From the NCBI GenBank assembly GCA_051362555.1, contig CM120648.1, forward strand, positions 15,992,587-16,056,586: a stretch of 64,000 bases of DNA. Direction: 5' to 3'. The notes under the pieces were generated by a model. The model had not been told where the DNA came from and did not search any database. It worked only from the letters and a program-made list of their open reading frames with translations. The position numbers and the translations under genes were made by a program. This document shows positions 49,161 through 64,000 of this stretch, piece after piece. The stretch comes from Lingula anatina (Eukaryota; Animalia; Brachiopoda). Within the stretch, counting starts at the first letter, position 1. The number at the start of each line of letters is the position of its first letter.

Positions 49161-50496
49161 CATGGACACAACACTCGAGCAAGTGGAACTGCACAGTTCT
49201 CTAAGGGGCATTTATTCGTTGGACTTCCCTTCAAAACTTGATCGTGATAATGGTTGAACCTTGGGTTGTTCTTCTATTTCGCCTTTTGTGGTTTTTGGAG
49301 GCAAAACAAAAGTAAAGACTTGCATGGATTTAAAGTTGTGTGTTTGCTTATACTGACTTTTAAGCCTCGGTCACAACCGGCCGTTTGGGCTCTTGCGTCC
49401 TGTTTGCTTCCAAATTTTGCGCAGAATCTCACGTCCCACTCAAGTCCTTCTTACGAAATTTCGAGTTCGCAGAAAGCCCGCCCTTAAGTACGCACGGAGG
49501 ATATCGGACATGTCCAAAAAACTGTCAATTATCTGCCAGGCCGCAAGTGTAACTTGCTCCATTAACACGGAGTTTGCAAGGAGGTTCGTAAGTGAGAGCA
49601 AGCGGTACAAGAGGCACGTCACAAGCAGTGAAGGAGCAAGTGCCATTTGCGTGTTGAATAAGGTGCAAGCGTCACAACTTAAGAAAAAAAAAAAAAAACG
49701 AACACACGGAGTGCTCAAGGCACACGTTCGTGTTTTGCCAATGAACGTCGAGTATGCAACTTGCACTACAACTTTCAGAAAATTTGAATTTTGCTAAAAT
49801 CAGCTTCCAATATGCCTACAAAGGGCAAGGGAAAATAGCTTAGAGAGCTGAAAAGAAGGGAGGAGGAAGTTGGAAGGGGAGAACAAATGGCAAAACTGAC
49901 GTGCGCCGCCACTACGTCATCATAAGCGTCTCACGCAAGTATGTGACCGTGGCTTAAATGGGTGCCACAGTCGTAGAGATTGATTTTCAAGAAAGCCACA
50001 CGGAGGATGTAAGGCAACTGTAATGAGACTGTTGGGGTTTTTAACGCGCTAACTTTTCAACCGGCAAACCGATATTTTCCCACATAACCTCAATGTCATA
50101 GGGGAAAAAATGTCCCTGCACGCAATATATTGTAACCTCGTCACAGCCTGTAACCTTGAAAATACTATTTACCTTTTCTTGTAGCGTTATCGAGGGCGTT
50201 TGAGAAAACGTTCCTGTAAGTCAAAATTAAAGGTATCGCGCTAGCTTGCGCCATTGCTTCTTGTCAGTTTAAGCGTTTTGTACGTGTACTTTAAGGCAGG
50301 TCATTTAAATAACAAATGCAGCATTTTCGGTTACCAGCAATTGGGAATAACGACAATGAGAATATAATACCAAGTACCTGTTAACTGTAACATATCGCCA
50401 CTGTGAAACAGGTTCAAACCCAAAAACATACGATCCTAAAATTTGTGCGCCCGGTTGTGACCATGGCTTAAATGGGTGCTACAGTCGCAGAAATCC

Positions 50497-50955
50497 GCGG
50501 CAACAACGGCTTCATTTTCGAGGAAGCCACACGGAGGATGTAAGGCAACTGTAATGAGACTGTTGTGGTTTTTCAACGCGCTAACTTTTCAACCGGCAAA
50601 CCGATATGTTATAGTGAGGAATGACGACAGCAGTTTGGAGCTTTCGAACGTTTATTCACCGACTCTTGCTTCTTACAACTTCACAAATATTTATACTCAA
50701 TTTCTCCGTACTGATCACGCATTTACGCGGCAACAACGGCTTCATTTTCGAGGAAGCCACACGGAGGATGTAAGGCAACTGTAATGAGACTGTTGTGGTT
50801 TTTCAACGCGCTAACTTTTCAACCGGCAAACCGATATGTTATAGTGAGGAATGACGACAGCAGTTTGGAGCTTTCGAACGTTTATTCACCGACTCTTGCT
50901 TCTTACAACTTCACAAATATTTATACTCAATTTCTCCGTACTGATCACGCATTTA
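50497..50955. repeat. Exact 230-bp tandem duplication spanning the host/LTR junction
   Basis: cgcggcaacaacggcttcattttcg...gatcacgcatttac occurs twice with period 230. Confidence 0.9.
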
Positions 50956-51189
50956 CTTGTTTCTTTTCCATTGTCTTTGCGTGATTACAAAATATTTTCC
51001 ATTCTCATGTTGCAAGTCACTATGCAACATTTCCTTATTAGGTAATCCCTAAGAAACTTGTTTTCAATTAAAGATATCTTAAATATTATTTGGATTACTC
51101 ATGCTTGGACCTTATCCAAAACTCAGCTATCATGTGATAAATAGATGATCAAAATTATTATATGTTATGAAATTAACCAATCACATTAA

Positions 51190-54100
51190 GTGCAAGTTTT
51201 TTTAACCACCAGTCAAATCAGCCAGAAAGTGGCAAGGTTGGGTTCTCACAGAATACACTTATATTACTCACAGTGAATCATCTTTATGACTTTATAAAAT
51301 GTATGAAATAGTAAAGCTTTGCGTTGCGTTTTTACCGAGATACAGCCCAATGCATATTTAACCCTCACGCGGAGAGTCCGCTTAACTTTTCAGCTGTGTG
51401 AGTGATGCATTTTCCCTCAAATTTGCTCTACAAAATCCACATGATTTGTTCGGTACATTACTTCGACCTTTACTATATTTGAAAGATTGATAAATAATCT
51501 TTATAACAACAGAAAATTTTATCATAATTTCGTTGCTATGGTTACAAACTATCGAATTTCAAGAAGCAAACAGCACATGCACTGTGCGTTGTTGTTCAGT
51601 AGACACTTACAAAGGCAAAAAAGTGGTGTGACATTCAGGAGACACGACAAAGATGTATGGGCCACCTCTCCATGCTTGCATTACGTCTAGAATAAGAGGA
51701 TACTAATGCTGAAAATGGACCATAGCCTGCGTCATGCATATCACGTATGTTGTAGATCAGTTTCATCATCTGAAGCAATGTGGAGTGCACTCGACTCTGT
51801 CATCTAGCCCAGGGTATCGTTACATGCTGTGGTCTTTTGGGTAGCCACAAGAACATATTAACAGTCATTTCCTTGGACCTAACGGGAGCTTTCACGCACA
51901 GTTGACCCAGTTTTTATCATAACAGTGGGAAAGTTATCTGTCCAAAGGTCTCAGGTAATACAAATGTTTACATATATTAAACTAACATAAAACTTTAATT
52001 ATTAATTATTAATGTGCTCACCGAATTAATATTAGAGGATTGAGAAGAATATTATGATGTTTTTCTTGTTAAAATGTACTAGTTTATGAGTAGTAGTAAG
52101 ATAAGGCATATAACTTCCTAGTTCCCAAGTTGGATATCATAACAGTTTTAATGCATGCTGAATTGTTAATTAAAATATATATGAATTAAGCTTTGTTTTT
52201 AAACGGTGTTCATGGTAAGTTTTGTCAGTTGAAGATTAAACCCATTTAATAAAATGGAGAATGAAATTTCCTTATTATTTCAGCTAGAATATGCTTGAAG
52301 ACTGGTCAGAGAAAGTCAAGAAATATGACAAAGAAAAAGTGGTTAATCCAGATCCTGAAAAAAGGAAGTGTGAAGAGGATTGGCTCACTGCCAAAAGGAG
52401 TATATTGTTTTCACATTTATCTACTTGAAAAAGTATACTATCTACAGTTGGAGCCAGGAGGACACCAATGACCTGATAGATAAAGCATTTGTCAGTCATG
52501 GAGTAACAAGAAGAGTCCCTAGAAAGTGCAGCAATTTATTGGATCTTCATCAGAATTTGAGAGCTGATACATTTCGATTAACTTTTCGATAAAGGAGTTT
52601 TTTGTCTTGTTTCATTTCATTGAAGGTTTTCATGAATGCAACCTTTAATTGAACATATGTTACTAAAACGCTGATAATGGATATCAATATTTTAATCTTT
52701 CAAGCAAAGATCAGTATGACATATTTTGTAGCAATGCATTGCCCTGGTCTTGAGTACTGGTAGTGCAAAACAATCCAGGGTGCATGATGGCATGATATAA
52801 GTTCTTTTCACATCAGTTTTCATTTTTCTCTTAAAGGGCAAAAAATTAAGTGGATTATTTGAAGTTCTGTTGGTTTGATGTGTTTGTAAAATAAAAATCA
52901 AGTGTTTCTGTCTTTTTCTTTAGTTGAAAAAAATATCTAAAAAATTTCATGAGTCAAAACTTTGCATGTTTCTTATTCACTTAAGTAAACAAGAGCACTA
53001 TTATGGGAATGCCAGTTAAAATGACTTCTACCTATAGATAACCTATAGAGATTATGGTTAGAAGTATTTTTTGTATGTAGTTTTGATCATACTTTCAAGT
53101 AATTCACTTATTTATACATACATATCCCATGAAAATGGTGATTATGTGTTGTAGACTGAATAGTTGATTGATTGATTGATGCCCATTTGTGTTCACTGTT
53201 ATTTCTTGAAGAAGTGATTGATTGATGCCCATTTGTGTTCACTATTATTTGTTGAAGAAGTAATCTGTTTTTGATAATAAGTAGACTACCTGTACTACAT
53301 GCAGTCTGAAGTTTCTGTGAACATGTTGAAGGACATTCACTTTCTCTATAAAATAATAACATATACAAAAGTGTGGGTTGTTTGTTGTTTTCTCTTCTCA
53401 ATTAATAAAGATTTTAGACTAATCTTATTTTTAATTAATTTTGTATGCCATAGCATTATAGAAAATGCACTGCTGGTTGAACAATGGTAATATTATAAGC
53501 ACTTGAGCAAAGGATAGAAACTTGCCGGTTGAAAAGGCTTAACATCTTGACCGGTGCTACATAAATTTCAGTAACAAATGACCAAAATATAAGAATGGAG
53601 GTTTAAATTTTCAAAAGTAGGCTTTGATAGAGGGGCATTACCTTCTTTTGTAAAGTATACTGTTTAAATTTGCCGTGATTAGAGGAAGTGAGCAGGTATT
53701 ACTGGCCAAGACAAGAGCAACACCAATCTAAATCCTTACATTTTCAGACATCAATATATCACCAACAAAATCAAAGTCCACGGATATCTCTTTTGTACTT
53801 TATCACCCTAATGTTCCCTTTTAAACACATATAGGTTTTACAGTCATAGGACCTCTACCAGTGGGTATATGACTCTTTGAAAATCGCCATGCTAAAATAT
53901 GGTTTTGGGGGGTGGGGTGCAAAATGTGGGCACAGTGTGGACTAGGTGGGTGATGTTTTTTGTTTGAATGTCTTGGGAGAAAGAATATTGATTGACAAAA
54001 ATATCATGTAGGATTATTGTTAATATATAGCTAGATAAGGGGGAAATAAGCATATATATGAGTTGCATGGCTGCTGACTGAAAATCTGCTTCGAAAGCCG

Positions 54101-54262
54101 GAAAAATCGAAAATTGGGCATAAATCCCTTGAAAAACGGTTTTGGGGCCAAACGTTTGGCAGAAGTTAAAAGGGTCCCCAGGCAAGTATTTCAGCCCAAT
54201 AAGGTCAAATTCTGTGAACCCCCATCTTGTCGCACTTGTCTGGTGCTTAAAAAAACTGGCAC
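51190..54262. mobile_element. TTAA-flanked TIR DNA transposon relic (superfamily not assigned) inserted in the LTR
   Basis: TTAA-gtgcaagttttttttaaccaccag...tcacagaat mirrored by attctgtgaa...ctggtgcttaaaaaaactggcac-TTAA. Confidence 0.7.
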
Positions 54263-54442
54263 TTAACTGTTACTGACTTTAACCTTTTCCATCTTTTTCT
54301 GACACTAAAAACATGTTCTACACTTGTTGACTCTTGGAGAAACTTAACTTACACTCAATAACTCTCTGTCCTTTTACTCTTTTGATTCCGCTTTAATTGT
54401 TATCTGTGATTAGTGAAAGTGTAAGTAATTTGCTTTACAACA

Positions 54443-54456
54443 TACACCCCTTCTTC
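54443..54456 (-). promoter_or_regulatory. Polypurine tract of the chromodomain Gypsy
   Basis: GAAGAAGGGGTGTA directly before TGT. Confidence 0.7.
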
Positions 54457-55821
54457 AAAAGAATTCGTCCTCGAATTCTAAAACTTTACAACATACGCTC
54501 CTTTTTCATTTTTTCTAAAGCAAAGCAAATACTAAATAACACAAAATACATACATTTTCAAAAAGATTAAATGATAAGGTCACATATATGTCATCAATTT
54601 AAATGTTATACGCAAGTTCGTCAATTTCTGCAAAATGAAATAAAATAATAATGAAAGAAAATAATGATTATCTTCCTCAAATACTTCATTTCTACCACAA
54701 AGTTAGGCAAAAATATAACTAAGAAAAGTAATTCTATATAATTAACTTATACATATAATTAGAAACACAGTCAACATGAAACAAAAAATATAACCTGAAG
54801 GAAGATACATCAAATTTATTTCACATTGTCATGTACACTTTTTTATGTGTGGCCTAAGAGCTCAGATACTTTTTGTTTGTTTTCTCACGCGGATATCGAA
54901 ATATATTGCTCTCTTATTATGGATATGACACACTTTATTATACAGTTTTTTCTTTCGGTTGCCATTTAAGACATAGTATTTAGGAATGCACTACATGAGA
55001 CAATAGGGCCGATCGCTCCCTGTCCAATGAACAGCACTCACCACAACGTTGCGACCAGCGCATCGCTCATGATGAAGTACATATTCATCTTCATATTTGT
55101 CCACATTGTAGCTCTCCCCTGTGATGACTATAAGATAAATATTTTGTTCATGATACTTCAATCCACGGATTTTATAAAATCATACTGATAAATAATTAAA
55201 TAGCAAAATGTAAAAATCTTCCTTAATGCATATCATCAGTTTCATGTCATCATTATTAAAAAATCAAATACACTTTTTAAATAACAAAAATCATCTGTTC
55301 AAATATTGATAACCAACAATCATAAGATCAATATGTAATATGTTTTTAACATGCAGTTACATTGTAAAGTAATTAAAATAAAGCATGTTAACAAATGATC
55401 ATGGTTAACACACAATAAAATGCTCATCATTATATATGATAGTACATATTGATTAAAAAAAATCATAATATTTGTCAAGACTTACAAGTGTCATGTTAAT
55501 TCCGTGCATCTCGCACACTCTCAATAATAATAATCTGAAATGTCTGAAATCATTGAAGTAACAATAAGAATGAATCATAAAGTCATTTATATGTTGTGAT
55601 CGTATACACACTTCTTATACCAAAAGTTCACTCGCAAAGATTAATCCGTTATGTTAATTATAGACATGTGTAGCAAGTCAAGTCAAATTCAGATTGGATT
55701 AAAATAAATCTGCATTGTGATTATATGTTTCGAACTGAATATAGAAAAGTGCACAAGCATGTTTAATGCGCAAACATGTACAATATTCGTTCTTGAATAA
55801 TTTTCTGGGATAACTCATTCT

Positions 55822-61875
<6,054 letters not shown>

Positions 61876-63141
61876 AAATAACGTTTTTTGTTTATCATAA
61901 TGTTTATATTTGTCAAACCATGCCAATGTTTTGACAGATGTAGTCTGTAGATACAAATACTTAAATGAACTTTTCTAAATTATTATAGTTATTACTTCAC
62001 TTCGTAATATGAATGAATCTGTGGTTCTAAGATTCTTCGGCTTATTAATTTATTTTGTTGCGAAGTTTTATAATCACTACGGTAAAGTAAGCACTGTATC
62101 GTTTACGTATACTTCTTTAAGTAAAGCCACTATTAGTGCCAATTGCCTGACCTTGACAAACAGACCAAATTTCATCACGAGCAATAAGCTCTGTATCCCG
62201 AATAAATATTTGAGGTGAATCATCTGTAGGAAATATTTCGTCTGCTAGAATAACATCTGCCATACAAGTATAGGTTTGCTCTTAATTGTCTCTTGCTGTT
62301 TGAGCCATGTTTAGCAATCTCAAATGATAACATATCTTTGGCAAAAAAATGAGAAAAAAATTGTGAATATAACTGAAGAAGAGCTGATTCTGAATTTAAA
62401 GGTTCACTAAATAAACCATTGTGTTTCATGTTGAAAATATACATGGTGAATAGAAATATGCAACAAACCAAATTTAATGGATATAGCTGAACTGTCTTAG
62501 TGTTGGGAAATAAAAATACATCTAAGTTCAAATCGTAAAAGCTGAAAAAATTTGAATGACACATTAATGACAACTACTTAAAGAGGTCGTTGTTCTAGGG
62601 CATTCCGGGGTAATGTCAATGACTGACTTGTCAAAACATCTCGTCTGTATTTTAACAGGTTACTATATGCTTTCCATTATGATGTGGCGTGAACCTTGTG
62701 ATAACTTGTATTACATCGTTGGGATGTAACGTTTACTCATATGAATAAGATCCGTGTTCTTTGTTAAACAGTTCTTCAGAAACAAAATTGTCTACACTCA
62801 ACACCGCTGAGCGCGCTGATGCCGCCACAACATTACAGTGAGAATTTATATAATCATCATTTTAAAAGGTCAATGCTCTTGGTTTTTTTTTTCAGTGCAC
62901 ACTGCTTTAACTTAAGCCTCATTTGCGAAAATAAAGAGAGGAAATGAGATAGATAAGATAGATAGGAAAACAGTGAATCGATTCACATTTAGGGTTCAGT
63001 TAAGTTGTATCACTGTGTTGTCCAAATTATACATTTGACCTTTGTGTACTTTTTTACAGTGTGTAAGTGTACTATCTTTTTATTTACCAGTGTATCGATT
63101 ATCTAACTCGTCTCGAAGAGATAGATCATTGTGCTTTCTCT

Positions 63142-64000
63142 TTAATTTCTACGTTTTCTTCGTCTTCCTTGTAACGTCTTATTGATATGATAATCTCTTT
63201 TTAATGTGTCTGAAATATTTTCTTCAGGTTCCCAGGAAGTGTTCTTATAACCCTTATATTTTACTTTGTAATGTCTCTTTGCGTTTATATTCTTACAACA
63301 TAACAATTTTTCTACTTCATAATATTCGTACTCGTCTTGCTTACTGTCCGATGCAAGTTCTGCTTTTTCTGTTTCATGAATGTCTCTATCTTGTGTTTCA
63401 TTGGTCGTTTTATTGTCATTTGATTTGTTGTCTTGCTCATTATTACTTTCATTCAGCCTTTCGTATTTATTGTAATCTTTAGGGTCATAATACATTTTCA
63501 ATCTATTTGCATGAACAGGCGATTTATGTTCCTTGTGTGTTTTACAATCTCTCAAATAATACGTGCACCCTGTTGATAAGATCTTTGTAATGTAATATGG
63601 TCCTTTGTATTTAATGTACAATTTAGAACTTAATCCTTTAGGTGTCATTGGAGTATATATCCAAACTCTATCACCTACTTTATAAATCGGTTGCTTTGAT
63701 TTAAGGTCATACCTTTCTTTATACTGTTTCTGAGTTGCTTCCCTATTCTTTGTTGCAATTTCTTTTGCTGTTTCAAGGGTGTCTTTCAATTCTTTAATGT
63801 ACTGAGGTAGATTTTTATTCTCATGAGATTCAGGTATCAAGTCACTATCTAATGGCGTACTAAATAATAAGGAGAAAACTTTGTGGACTGCGTACAAGGA
63901 GTTGCACGCAATGCCATCATTACTCCTGGAAGTATATCAGGCCAATTAGTTTGATCTTTCTCACAATATGCTCTCAAAGTTTGAGCAATTATTGAATTAG
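63142..64000 (-). pseudogene. pol: Gypsy integrase C-terminus with GPY/F motif and chromodomain; frameshifting deletion near 63865
   Basis: QTNWPDILPGVMMALRATP..TKFSPYYL, then KYKGPYYI, VHANRLK and YYEVEKLL..HYKVKYKGYKNTSWEPEENI. Confidence 0.88.

Noticed and set aside
62220-62900. env gene of the chromodomain Gypsy
   Set aside because: No sustained frame, furin site or clear transmembrane segment visible.

Overview
Eukaryotic, AT-rich and microsatellite-rich genomic DNA from an invertebrate animal (inferred from the TE repertoire; probably marine, taxon not determinable). Most of the window is nested transposable elements and local duplications. From left to right: (1) a minus-strand L1/Tx1-type LINE (1-11630) interrupted by a 1.66-kb fully palindromic Tc1 (DD34E) foldback element (376-2037, TA TSD) and by an intact young Gypsy LTR retrotransposon (3517-11111; 424-bp LTRs, CCAG TSD, gag/-1 frameshift/pol, unexplained 2-kb 3' region); (2) a duplicated host-like block with orphan exons and long imperfect hairpins (11.6-19.3 kb, repeated at 33-50.6 kb); (3) an RTE-X-like LINE relic, an Academ relic and one probable host coding exon (23855-24433); (4) a near-identical ~7.2-kb tandem duplication (26.4-42.8 kb) whose copies differ by a LINE insertion and a MITE collapse; (5) an intron-containing Ginger integrase transposon, a tandem array of hairpins and several MITEs/TIR elements; (6) a chromodomain Gypsy element (50837 to window end) carrying a TTAA-flanked TIR element in its LTR and a non-autonomous Ngaro/DIRS retroelement with split direct repeats. 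The most notable items are the mobile palindromic Tc1 derivative (Mu-killer-like hairpin architecture), the tandem hairpin array, and a three-copy orphan exon that appears to diverge mainly at amino-acid-changing sites. All identities and counts were made by eye, with no database search.
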